From positions 13,170-77,169 of the forward strand of contig CALMWT010000012.1 in the NCBI GenBank assembly GCA_937870855.1: a stretch of 64,000 bases of DNA, in the 5' to 3' direction. The stretch comes from an uncultured Taibaiella sp. (GTDB lineage Bacteria; Bacteroidota; Bacteroidia; Chitinophagales; Chitinophagaceae). Numbering within the stretch: the first letter of the stretch is position 1; every line of letters begins with the position of its first letter. The notes beneath the pieces were generated by a model. The model searched no databases. It was not told the DNA's origin and worked only from the letters and a program-made list of their open reading frames with translations. Shown here piece by piece: positions 39,157 through 48,521 of this stretch. The position numbers and the translations under genes were made by a program.

Positions 39157-39849
39157 ATGATTAAAACAATAATTACCCAGTCCAATTATATCCCCTGGAA
39201 AGGGTATTTTGACAGTATTGCTCATGTGGATGTTTTTGTGGTGTATGATGATATGCAATATACCAAGCGGGACTGGCGAAACAGAAACGTAATCAAAACA
39301 CCACAGGGGTTGAAGTGGCTAACAATACCTGTGGAAGTAAGCGGTAAATATTTCCAGAAAATAAAAGATACCCGTATTGCAGACCAAAAATGGCAAAACT
39401 CTCATTGGGATACTATCAAGCAAAACTATAAACAAGCTGCTTGTTTTAAAGAAATGGCAGAGTGGATAGAACCTCTTTACAGAAATTGCAAGTTCGAGTA
39501 TCTGACAGAAGTCAATCTGTATTTTATTCAGGCGATTAACGCTTTCTTAGGTATCCAAACAGCAATACGCTATTCCTCTGAATTTGAACTGGCAGAAGAA
39601 AAAACACAACGCCTTGTGAATATTTGCAAAGACCTTAATGCTACGGATTATTATTCAGGTGCGGCTGCCAAAGCCTATATGAACGAATCTCTTTTTGAAA
39701 AGGAAAATATAAAGGTTCATTATTGGGACTATTCCGGCTACAAGGAATATCCTCAGCTAAACCCTCCTTTTGAGCATGGGGTAAGTATATTGGATTTGAT
39801 ATTCAATACAGGAAACAACGCTAAACAGTATTTGAATGGGAATCCGTAA
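39157..39849 (+). CDS. WbqC-like family protein (function unknown)
   Basis: [44 protein letters not shown] is the N-terminal signature of the WbqC-like family as I recall it. The ATG at 39157 aligns with the start of the 20449 remnant. Confidence 0.75.
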   Translation: MIKTIITQSNYIPWKGYFDSIAHVDVFVVYDDMQYTKRDWRNRNVIKTPQGLKWLTIPVEVSGKYFQKIKDTRIADQKWQNSHWDTIKQNYKQAACFKEMAEWIEPLYRNCKFEYLTEVNLYFIQAINAFLGIQTAIRYSSEFELAEEKTQRLVNICKDLNATDYYSGAAAKAYMNESLFEKENIKVHYWDYSGYKEYPQLNPPFEHGVSILDLIFNTGNNAKQYLNGNP

Positions 39850-40777
39850 ACTAAGTATTGTAAGTCCTGTCTATAAGGCAGAAAATATTGTGGATGAACT
39901 TGTGAGGCGTATAGTTGTGGAAGCAGAACAAATAACCCTTGATTATGAAATCATTTTAGTGGAAGATGGCGGAGGTGATAACAGTTGGCAAAAGATAGAA
40001 GCCAATTGTGTTGCAAACCCCAAAGTGAAAGGGATAAAGTTAGGCCGCAACTTTGGACAGCATTATGCAATAACCGCAGGACTTGAATACAGTAAAGGCA
40101 AAACTGTAATCATTATGGATTGTGACTTACAGGATAATCCTGCTTCTATACATACTATTCTTGACAAAATGAAAGAAGGCTTTGATATTGTTTTTACAAA
40201 AAGAATTAAACGAAGTCATGGCTTTTTTAAAGAATTTTCGGCAAAGTTGTATAATTATTTTATTGGAGTTTTTGCAGATAAAAACTTTGATGTAAACACG
40301 GGTTCAATGATAGGTGTTGGCAGAAATGCTGTCAATGCTTTTCTCCAACTAAAAGAGAAAGACAGGCTGTATATTCAACTTTTCAAGTGGGTCGGTTTTC
40401 GGCAAGCTTATGTCTATGTCGCACACGACAAACGGTTTGAAGGGAAATCAACTTATTCTCTGGGCAGAATGATTTCTTTGGCTGTTCAAGGGCTTACCTC
40501 GCACTCGAATAAGTTGCTTAAACTAAGTGTTTATTTGGGATTTTTATTGGCAACTTGCTCTTTTCTTGTTGCTTTGGTAATCGTTGTGCTTTATTTTGTC
40601 AAAGGATTCTCTCCGGGGTGGCCTAGTCTCTTTGTGGCAATATCTTTTGCAACAGGGGTGATTTTAGTAAGTAATGGCATATTAGGGCTGTATATAGGAA
40701 AAACCTTTGAACAGTCAAAGAACAGACCCCTTTTCATAATTGAAAAGCATATAGATCATGAAAGACAATATACTTGA
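39836..40777 (+). CDS. polyprenyl-phosphate glycosyltransferase (GT2, GtrB/ArnC/DPM1-like)
   Basis: LSIVSPVYKAENIVDELV...EIILVEDGGGDNS...MDCDLQD catalytic domain plus two C-terminal TM helices, ending ILGLYIGKTFEQSKNRPLFII. This is the GtrB/ArnC architecture. Confidence 0.85.
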   Translation: MGIRKLSIVSPVYKAENIVDELVRRIVVEAEQITLDYEIILVEDGGGDNSWQKIEANCVANPKVKGIKLGRNFGQHYAITAGLEYSKGKTVIIMDCDLQDNPASIHTILDKMKEGFDIVFTKRIKRSHGFFKEFSAKLYNYFIGVFADKNFDVNTGSMIGVGRNAVNAFLQLKEKDRLYIQLFKWVGFRQAYVYVAHDKRFEGKSTYSLGRMISLAVQGLTSHSNKLLKLSVYLGFLLATCSFLVALVIVVLYFVKGFSPGWPSLFVAISFATGVILVSNGILGLYIGKTFEQSKNRPLFIIEKHIDHERQYT

Positions 40778-41384
40778 CGGAGTAAGAGAATATTATTCCC
40801 AAAAAATTATTTCTCATGGGACAACATCGCAGGGTGTTGACTGGAACTCCAAAGAATCTCAGTATCTTAGATTCAGGCAATTGTGCAAGGTAATTGATAA
40901 ACAACAAGACTATTCCATATTAGATTACGGGTGTGGCTATGGAGAATTGATTAATTTTCTGACAGAAGAAGCAAACACCTTTACCCGTTACATAGGGTTT
41001 GATATTTCAGATGAAATGGTAGCAAAAGCGGAGGGATTATTTGGCAAAACCAACAGAAATATTTCGTTTACAAACGCTCTTTCAGACGATGTGCATGATT
41101 ACGTTGTTGCGAGTGGTATATTTAATGTAAAACTGAATTTAGCAGATGGCAGTGATTGGCTCGAATATATACTGCAAACATTGAAAACTATAAATCAGAG
41201 AACCTCAAAAGGATTTGCGTTTAACGCTCTGACAAAATATTCCGACAAAGAATATATGAAAGATTATCTGTACTATGCAGACCCGTTGGAATTATTTGAT
41301 TTTTGCAAAAGGGAATTTTCGAGAAATGTTGCCTTGTTGCATGATTACGACCTTTATGAGTTTACTATAATTGTAAGAAAATGA
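40758..41384 (+). CDS. class I SAM-dependent methyltransferase
   Basis: ILDYGCGYGELINFL motif I; 208 aa. Confidence 0.7.
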   Translation: MKDNILDGVREYYSQKIISHGTTSQGVDWNSKESQYLRFRQLCKVIDKQQDYSILDYGCGYGELINFLTEEANTFTRYIGFDISDEMVAKAEGLFGKTNRNISFTNALSDDVHDYVVASGIFNVKLNLADGSDWLEYILQTLKTINQRTSKGFAFNALTKYSDKEYMKDYLYYADPLELFDFCKREFSRNVALLHDYDLYEFTIIVRK

Positions 41385-42046
41385 AAAACAAGAAGTTGAT
41401 TATATTTGGTACGGGAGATATTGCTCAGATTGCCAAGTATTACTTTGATATTGATTCGGATTTTGAGGTATGTGGCTTTACGGTTGATGAGCAATATTGT
41501 AATAACCAAACTTATGAGAGCCTTCCGCTTGTGCCATTTGAGCAGGTAGAGGCAACCTTCCCACAACACGATTATTATATATTTATTGCTCTAAGCTATG
41601 CTCAAATGAACAGATTGAGGGAAAAGAAGTTCGCAGAGGCAAAAAGTAAAGGTTACAGAATAGCATCTTATATCAGTTCAAATTGTAGTTATCTTTCACA
41701 GTTCACAGCAGGAGAAAACGCATTTATTTTTGAAGACAATACCATTCAGCCTTTTGTGCAAATAGGAGACAATGTAACACTTTGGAGTGGAAACCACATT
41801 GGACATCATTCTGTAATCAAAAGTCATAATTTTATTAGTTCACATGTAGTTATTTCGGGACACTGTGAAATTGGTTCGTATTGCTTTTTAGGAGTTAATT
41901 CCACACTTGCACACAAAGTTACTCTTGCAGAAGGCACTCTGCTTGGTGCGGGGGTTGTAATAAGCAAAGACACAGAAGCTGATGGTGTTTATGTTGCAAA
42001 CAGACCTGTTAAATTAGATAAAAAAAGTTCAGATATAAAGCTATGA
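41381..42046 (+). CDS. NeuD/PglB/VioB-family sugar N-acyltransferase (left-handed beta-helix), copy 1
   Basis: N-terminal Rossmann-like KKLIIFGTGDIAQIA and hexapeptide repeats IGDNVTLWSGNHIGHHSVIKSHNFISSHVVISGHCEIGSYCFLGVNS. Confidence 0.8.
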   Translation: MKNKKLIIFGTGDIAQIAKYYFDIDSDFEVCGFTVDEQYCNNQTYESLPLVPFEQVEATFPQHDYYIFIALSYAQMNRLREKKFAEAKSKGYRIASYISSNCSYLSQFTAGENAFIFEDNTIQPFVQIGDNVTLWSGNHIGHHSVIKSHNFISSHVVISGHCEIGSYCFLGVNSTLAHKVTLAEGTLLGAGVVISKDTEADGVYVANRPVKLDKKSSDIKL

Positions 42047-42948
42047 GATGGAAGAAGTTGGGATTGATTTATAAACCTAAAAATATTGGTGAATACCTGC
42101 ACTCTCATGCTGCAAACCCCTTGCCTGTTTTCTTAACAGACAATATTTTCAGAATCTTTTTTTGTGGACGGGATACAAATAACAAATCTTCTGTTGGATT
42201 TGTTGATATAGATATTGTTGAAAGAAAGGTTGTTGGGCATTGTCAGGAGCCTCTGTTGATTTATGGCAATGAAAATTCTTTTTATTCCCATGGTATAAGC
42301 ATTGGCAATGTATATAAGAACGGAGATAAACAGTATATATTATTCATGGGCTGGCAGATAAAAAATATCGAACACTGGAGGGGAGATATAGGAAGAATTG
42401 AACTAATAAACAATAGCAGCCTGATTATCAACCCTGAAATTCCTTTTATGTCTGTTGATGAGGAAGATAAAGTGAGCTTGTCTTATCCTTGGGTAATGTT
42501 TCATGAGGGTATATATAAGATGTGGTATGGCTCTACGCTTTCATGGAATAGTGAAAATGGAGAGATGATACACGTGATAAAATATGCAACATCTAAAGAC
42601 GGTGAAAAGTGGCAAAAACATGGAATAGCCGTTCCTTATGAGACAGGGGGAGCACAAGCGTTTTCCAAACCTTGTGTGATTGTTGACGATAAAGATTATC
42701 ATATGTGGTATTCTTACAGAAGCGGGACAGGAGAGAAATACAGAATAGGATATGCTCACAGTAAAGACGGTATTAATTGGCAACGCCAACATGAAGCGGT
42801 AGGCATTACTGTTTCAAATAATGGTTGGGATAGCGAAATGATTTGCTATCCTTTTGTCTTTGACCACGCAGGGAAAAGATATATGCTGTATAACGGCAAT
42901 GGATACGGAAAAACAGGTTTTGGATTAGCAGTTTTAGAATATGAGTGA
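42043..42948 (+). CDS. uncharacterised protein, predicted 5-bladed beta-propeller (GH32/43/130-like fold), copy 1
   Basis: 301 aa with repeated W/Y-rich blade-like segments (YKMWYGS, HMWYSYR, IGYAHSKDGINWQR, GWDSEMICYP). ATGA overlap with the upstream acyltransferase. Paralog at 50584. Confidence 0.5.
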   Translation: MRWKKLGLIYKPKNIGEYLHSHAANPLPVFLTDNIFRIFFCGRDTNNKSSVGFVDIDIVERKVVGHCQEPLLIYGNENSFYSHGISIGNVYKNGDKQYILFMGWQIKNIEHWRGDIGRIELINNSSLIINPEIPFMSVDEEDKVSLSYPWVMFHEGIYKMWYGSTLSWNSENGEMIHVIKYATSKDGEKWQKHGIAVPYETGGAQAFSKPCVIVDDKDYHMWYSYRSGTGEKYRIGYAHSKDGINWQRQHEAVGITVSNNGWDSEMICYPFVFDHAGKRYMLYNGNGYGKTGFGLAVLEYE

Positions 42949-44152
42949 TCATTATATAGGTTTCAACAAACCTTACCTCACAGGTAAAGAATATGAATAC
43001 ATTGCTCGTGCAGTAAGCTCCAAGAAACTTTCAGGCAACGGCAAATACACTCAACTTTGCCAAAAATTCTTTGAGCAGAAGTACGGTTTTGGAAAATGCC
43101 TGCTCACTACCTCTTGTACCGATGCGCTGGAAATGGCAGCTATCCTTCTTGATATAAAAGAAGGAGATGAAGTGATAATTCCTTCTTACACTTTTGTAAG
43201 TACGGCTAATGCTTTTGTATTAAAAGGGGCGAAAATTGTCTTTGCGGATTCCATGCAGGACAACCCCAACATAGATGCGGAGAAGATAGAAGAGCTGATA
43301 ACAGATAAAACCAAAGCAATTGTTCTTGTTCATTATGCGGGAATTTCCTGTGATATGGACAGGATTATGGACTTGGCAGAAAAACACAATTTGTTTGTAG
43401 TGGAAGATGCTGCCCAAGCTATTGACAGTTATTATACAGGCAAAGACGGAATCAGGAAACCACTTGGAAGCATTGGTCATTTAGCGGCTTTCAGTTTCCA
43501 TGAAACCAAAAATATTATTTCAGGAGAAGGGGGAATGTTGGTTGTCAATAACGAGCGGTTTTCCACCCGTGCAGAAATAATTTGGGAAAAAGGAACCAAT
43601 CGTTCTGCTTTTTTTCGTGGAGAAGTTGACAAGTATAACTGGGTTGATATCGGATCTTCATTCTTACCCTCAGAAGTAATAGCAGCTTTTCTATTTGCAC
43701 AATTGGAAAATATTACATCAATTCAGAAAAGGAGAAAAGAAATATGGAATTTGTATTATGAGGGTTTACAAGAGTTATCTAAACACGGTTTAATAAAATT
43801 GCCTCAACTACCGGATTATGCGACTAACAATGCGCATATGTTTTACCTTTCGTGTAATAATCTTGAAGAACGAGACGCTCTCATTTTGGCGTTGAAGAGG
43901 AATGATATATTATCTGTCTTCCATTACGTGCCGCTCCATAAGTCTCCGTACTATTTATCAAGAGGTAATACTGACAAGACATTGCGCAATTCCGAGCGTT
44001 ATGCAGATACTTTACTCCGTTTACCGTTCTACATGGAGCTTAAAGACGAAGAGGTAAAGAAAGTTACGGATGTCATTAATGCCTTTTATAAGGACTGTCC
44101 GTCGCTAACGACTTCCACGAAAACAGAGCATTCGGCAGTCCATGAGCAATAG
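42941..44152 (+). CDS. wecE: dTDP-4-amino-4,6-dideoxy-hexose transaminase (WecE/RffA type, DegT family)
   Basis: Close to E. coli WecE along its length, from memory: SCTDALEMAAILLDIKEGDEVIIPSYTFVSTANAFVLKGAKIVFAD, VHYAGISCDMD, NLFVVEDAAQ, PLP-Lys context FSFHETKNIISGEGG, EKGTNRS, VFHYVPLH. Confidence 0.88.
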   Translation: MSDHYIGFNKPYLTGKEYEYIARAVSSKKLSGNGKYTQLCQKFFEQKYGFGKCLLTTSCTDALEMAAILLDIKEGDEVIIPSYTFVSTANAFVLKGAKIVFADSMQDNPNIDAEKIEELITDKTKAIVLVHYAGISCDMDRIMDLAEKHNLFVVEDAAQAIDSYYTGKDGIRKPLGSIGHLAAFSFHETKNIISGEGGMLVVNNERFSTRAEIIWEKGTNRSAFFRGEVDKYNWVDIGSSFLPSEVIAAFLFAQLENITSIQKRRKEIWNLYYEGLQELSKHGLIKLPQLPDYATNNAHMFYLSCNNLEERDALILALKRNDILSVFHYVPLHKSPYYLSRGNTDKTLRNSERYADTLLRLPFYMELKDEEVKKVTDVINAFYKDCPSLTTSTKTEHSAVHEQ

Positions 44153-44222
44153 TTTTAATCATTTTAAACAACTCATTACAAAGCGCTGACCGCTCTTTTC
44201 GCATTGCCAAGTCTCTATCTTC

Positions 44223-45251
44223 ATGACTATTCTTTTGATCGGTTCGGAGACAAACTGGGCGTTAGAGCCAGTCTATATTAAATACATTCATAAGAGCCAT
44301 GCGATAGAATTACTTAACGCTAGGGGCAGATTCTACAATTACTACTATAAAAATTTCGGCAACAAACTCCTATTTAAACTGGGCTTATCGAAAATTTTAA
44401 AAGAGATAAACCACGATATTATAGAGAAGATTGAAAAGCAACATTTTGACCTTGTCTGGGTATGGAAAGGCATGGAACTATTTCCGAATACACTTCTTAA
44501 AATAAAGAGAAAAGGTATAAAAGTTGTCAACTATAATCCCGACAATCCTTTTATTTTTTCGGGTACAGGTAGCGGGAATAAGCATGTAAGACAATCCATA
44601 CCTCTATACGATTATCATTTCACATACGACAGAGAAGTAAAGGACAGGTTACAGAAGGAATATTCGGCACCTTGCGATATATTGCCGTTCGGTTTTGATA
44701 TTTCTGATGAACTCTATAATGAATGTATTAAGGAAGCGGAAATTATGCGGCTGTGTTTTCTCGGAAATCCTGATAAACAAAGAGCAGCGTTACTTACCCA
44801 AATACTGGAGCAGGGTATCCCGATTGATGTTTATGGTCGTAATTGGGAAAAGTTTATTACTCACCCGCATTTAACCATTAATCAGGCTGTATATGGTGTT
44901 GAATTTTGGAAGATCTTAAGAAAATATCGTATTCAGTTGAACATTATGAGACCGCACAATGAAAACTCTCACAACATGCGGAGTTTCGAAATACCAGGGG
45001 TAGGAGGAATCATGTTGGCCCCCCAAACACCGGATCATGAACAATATTTTGTAGATAGATCGGAAGTGTGGCTATATAGGGATGTTGAAGAATGCGTGGT
45101 ACAAATAAAATACCTTTTGACGCTAAGTGCAGATGAGGCGAATAAGATCAGAGCTGCGGCGAGGCAAAGAAGTTTAGAAAGTGGGTATAACTATGAAGCG
45201 CGAAGTGCCTGTGTTATTAAGACCTTTGAACGGTTATTATCAGAAGGATGA
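44223..45251 (+). CDS. CgeB-family glycosyltransferase-like protein
   Basis: LCFLGNPDKQRAALL...VYGRNW...LNIMRPHNENSHNMRSFEIPGVGGIMLA resembles the CgeB/Glyco_trans_1_2 family. Confidence 0.55.
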   Translation: MTILLIGSETNWALEPVYIKYIHKSHAIELLNARGRFYNYYYKNFGNKLLFKLGLSKILKEINHDIIEKIEKQHFDLVWVWKGMELFPNTLLKIKRKGIKVVNYNPDNPFIFSGTGSGNKHVRQSIPLYDYHFTYDREVKDRLQKEYSAPCDILPFGFDISDELYNECIKEAEIMRLCFLGNPDKQRAALLTQILEQGIPIDVYGRNWEKFITHPHLTINQAVYGVEFWKILRKYRIQLNIMRPHNENSHNMRSFEIPGVGGIMLAPQTPDHEQYFVDRSEVWLYRDVEECVVQIKYLLTLSADEANKIRAAARQRSLESGYNYEARSACVIKTFERLLSEG

Positions 45252-46354
45252 AGCGGGTTGTGGTTTTACATTTTAATCCGCTCGAACTTTATCCTCCTGT
45301 ACAAAATCTCTTGGCGGAGATGTCTAAATCAGAGGGTCATAAAACGTTTGTGGTAAGTACGAGATCCGGTAAGCAGAATGTTGAGTTAGCCCAATTTCAT
45401 GAAACAAAAATCTTCAGGTTTGGTCTGTCGGGAAAATATCTGAATAAGGCAGTTCGTTATGCAACTTATGTATATTATAACGTCTTTGCCACTTTGCTTC
45501 TTGCATTCTTACGTCCGTCAAAACTGATTTATTTTGAAAGCTTATCGTCCTACCCTGCTTATGTGTATAAAAAATATATCAATCGCAATGCAAAGATTTT
45601 TATTCATTACCACGAATACACAAGTATAGAGGAATACGCAAAAGGAATGATTACTACCCAATATTTTCACAGGTTAGAAAAGAAACTTTATCCTGAAGTG
45701 GCGTGGTTGTCTCACACAAACGATGTACGTATGCAACTGTTCCTGGAAGATATTGCTCCTCTTAAGGTTTCAAGTACGCATATTCTACCGAATTATCCTC
45801 CCTTGTCATGGAACAGTGTGCGAAAAAATGGTAAAAACACACCTCTTCGATTAATCTATGTGGGTTCCCTTGGCATGAAATCCATGTTTGTAAAAGAATT
45901 CACTAAATGGGTTGTTGGACTAAATGGTAAAGTGATATGGGACATCTATTCTATAAATGGAGACAATGACGTTTTGGAATACTTTGATGCGTTCCGCAGC
46001 CCAAACATTAATTTCAAAGCTGGCGTGAGTTACGAAGAACTCCCCGCCATATTGCGGCAATATGATGTAGGAGTGATTCTATACAATGGGCACATACCAA
46101 ACTATGTTCATGTCGCTCCTAATAAACTTTTTGAGTATTTAGCATGTGGGTTAGATGTCTGGTTCCCGAATGTTATTAAGGGAACTTTGCAGTATATTTC
46201 TTTAGATTGTAGCCCCAAAGTGGTGCCACTTGACTTTAACAATTTAGAGGAAATAGACCTCGTGGATTTAAAAAGACAGCCTAATCGGAAGTGCCCAAAC
46301 AATTATTTTGCAGAGGTCGCATTGAAACCATTGTTGGAGCGTCTTAAAGATTAA
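45248..46354 (+). CDS. GT-B fold glycosyltransferase
   Basis: LRLIYVGSLG...APNKLFEYLACGLDVWFP; 368 aa; ATGA overlap with the upstream gene. Confidence 0.5.
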   Translation: MKRVVVLHFNPLELYPPVQNLLAEMSKSEGHKTFVVSTRSGKQNVELAQFHETKIFRFGLSGKYLNKAVRYATYVYYNVFATLLLAFLRPSKLIYFESLSSYPAYVYKKYINRNAKIFIHYHEYTSIEEYAKGMITTQYFHRLEKKLYPEVAWLSHTNDVRMQLFLEDIAPLKVSSTHILPNYPPLSWNSVRKNGKNTPLRLIYVGSLGMKSMFVKEFTKWVVGLNGKVIWDIYSINGDNDVLEYFDAFRSPNINFKAGVSYEELPAILRQYDVGVILYNGHIPNYVHVAPNKLFEYLACGLDVWFPNVIKGTLQYISLDCSPKVVPLDFNNLEEIDLVDLKRQPNRKCPNNYFAEVALKPLLERLKD

Positions 46355-47130
46355 TGGAGAGCCCTATTAGCAAACACACTCAACCCAAATATTTGAAAAC
46401 AACTTTCCTCAAAAAAGCACTTCATTACCGTCCCCTAAGTTGGCTAGCACTTGTGGTTCGTCATGAGCTTGCTACGAGAAAGGAAAATCGTCGTTATAAC
46501 GACTGGTTGAAATCACCTGATTACCAAAGCCATCTACGATTCAAAAAATGGGAAGCAGAGGATGGAGACCATAATTTACGTTTTGATTATAACCTCAACG
46601 ATAGCTCGTTAGTTTTTGATGTAGGAGGGTACAAAGGTGAATTCGCAGCAGCAATATTCTGCAAGTACAATTGTGAAGTGTATGTGTTCGAACCGCTGCC
46701 GCAGTTCTTTAATATTATTAATGCCACTTTTGCCCACAATAGCCGGGTACACCCTTATTGCTTTGGCTTGTCGGATATAACTGGTACGGCTACTATTTCT
46801 CTATCGGATGTTAGTTCATCTTTGTTTATTAAAGATGCTGAGACGGTACAGATTCAGTTGAAAAGCATGGTTGAATTCATTCAGGAACAAAACATTTCTA
46901 AAGTAGATCTCCTGAAGCTGAATATAGAAGGTGCGGAATACGCGTTACTGGAAGCATTGTTAGACAACAATCTAATCGGAATTTTCAAGAACATTCAGGT
47001 ACAGTTTCACGAGTTTTTGGTAGAAAATTCTGTTGAAAGAATGAACAAGATCCACCAGCGTTTATCGAAAACTCACCGCCTTAGCTGGCAATATGAGTTT
47101 GTTTGGGAGAATTGGGAGTTAATTGTATAG
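46354..47130 (+). CDS. FkbM-family methyltransferase
   Basis: VFDVGGYKGEFAA...VYVFEP...LLKLNIEGAEYALLE. Confidence 0.8.
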   Translation: MESPISKHTQPKYLKTTFLKKALHYRPLSWLALVVRHELATRKENRRYNDWLKSPDYQSHLRFKKWEAEDGDHNLRFDYNLNDSSLVFDVGGYKGEFAAAIFCKYNCEVYVFEPLPQFFNIINATFAHNSRVHPYCFGLSDITGTATISLSDVSSSLFIKDAETVQIQLKSMVEFIQEQNISKVDLLKLNIEGAEYALLEALLDNNLIGIFKNIQVQFHEFLVENSVERMNKIHQRLSKTHRLSWQYEFVWENWELIV

Positions 47131-47205
47131 CTGATGGATTGTTCGAAATTCGCAAGCTTAGCGTTTTAGTTCTTTTTGCGCTTAAAAATAAGAACGTGAA
47201 GTTTT

Positions 47206-48501
47206 ATGAGTGAGACCGTAATTAAAGTAGAAAATTTATCGAAACAATATCGCCTCGGCACAGTAGGTACTGGCAGTTTGAGCCATGACGTGAATAGGCT
47301 TTGGTACAAAGTGCGGGGGAAAGAGGATCCTTATCTGAAGATCGGAGAAGAGAATGATCGTACTGCAAAGGGTAACAGTGAATATGTGTGGGCACTGCGT
47401 GATGTGAACTTCAAAGTAAATCATGGAGAAGTACTGGGAATTATCGGACGAAATGGTGCAGGGAAAAGTACGTTGCTCAAAATTTTGAGCCGAACAACGA
47501 AACCAACTACTGGTACTATCGGTATAAAGGGAAGGGTGGCTTCACTCCTTGAGGTAGGCACTGGTTTCCACCCTGAGTTAAGTGGACGAGAAAATATTTT
47601 TTTGAACGGTGCTATCCTCGGTATGACAAAAACCGAAATCAAACGAAAATTCGATGAGATTGTTGATTTTGCCGGAGTAGAAAAATATATAGATACGCCT
47701 GTAAAAAGGTACTCTTCCGGTATGTATGTACGGCTTGCATTTGGTGTAGCAGCACATCTCGAACCTGAGATTCTTATTGTGGATGAAGTGCTGGCAGTGG
47801 GTGATGCAGAGTTTCAGCGGAAGGCGCTTGGGAAAATGAATGATGTGAGCAAATCTGAGGGGAGAACAATATTGTTTGTAAGTCATAATATGGCTGCCAT
47901 GAAACAGCTTTGCCAGCGTGGCATATTAATGCAACACGGACAAGTGTTAGCCGATGGCAGAATGAATGAAATTGCGGATCAATACCTGATAGCAGGAGTT
48001 ACCCAGTCGAATGAATCGGTATGGACGGATGACGAAGCGCCTGGAAATGACAAGATCACCATACGGAAAGTGAGCGCGGCCGTTTCAGGACGACCTGCAA
48101 CCGAACCAATCAAAACCAGTGATGATATAGATGTGATGATCGAATTTGAGAATCATCAAAAGAATATTGATCTCGATGTAACCTGGGATATCTATGATGT
48201 GGACTTAGTGCATGTTTGCCATATCGGAACATTAGTTGGGAGTGGTGATAAAATAGATTCGGGAAAATTTCGTGTAGTATTTACCATTCCCAAACATTTA
48301 CTGAATACCAAGCGCTATACCTTCAATGTAATTTTCGGCGCTGACCAAAAACATCTGGTGTATCATCATGAAGGTATATTGTCTATAGATGTAGAGGATG
48401 GACTGCAGAGACAAGGCAATTCGTTCCATCAATATCCGGGAGTAATTCATCCAAAAGTAACCTGGCAGAAAACGAAAATCAGCGAGTTGGTTGTTGCTTA
48501 A
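47206..48501 (+). CDS. wzt: polysaccharide ABC transporter ATPase (Wzt/TagH family), copy 2, with no adjacent permease
   Basis: The NBD (residues ~1-235) is nearly identical in protein sequence to copy 1 ([30 protein letters not shown]). The C-terminal ~190 aa is unrelated by eye to the C-terminus of copy 1. Confidence 0.9.
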   Translation: MSETVIKVENLSKQYRLGTVGTGSLSHDVNRLWYKVRGKEDPYLKIGEENDRTAKGNSEYVWALRDVNFKVNHGEVLGIIGRNGAGKSTLLKILSRTTKPTTGTIGIKGRVASLLEVGTGFHPELSGRENIFLNGAILGMTKTEIKRKFDEIVDFAGVEKYIDTPVKRYSSGMYVRLAFGVAAHLEPEILIVDEVLAVGDAEFQRKALGKMNDVSKSEGRTILFVSHNMAAMKQLCQRGILMQHGQVLADGRMNEIADQYLIAGVTQSNESVWTDDEAPGNDKITIRKVSAAVSGRPATEPIKTSDDIDVMIEFENHQKNIDLDVTWDIYDVDLVHVCHIGTLVGSGDKIDSGKFRVVFTIPKHLLNTKRYTFNVIFGADQKHLVYHHEGILSIDVEDGLQRQGNSFHQYPGVIHPKVTWQKTKISELVVA

Positions 48502-48521
48502 TTTTATCGCTAATAGAAATT

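Noticed and set aside
44175-44200. Possible terminator after wecE (agcg-ctgac-cgct followed by cttttc). A similar weak hairpin lies at 47150-47185
   Set aside because: The stems are only 4 bp with poor T-tracts. That is too weak to call.
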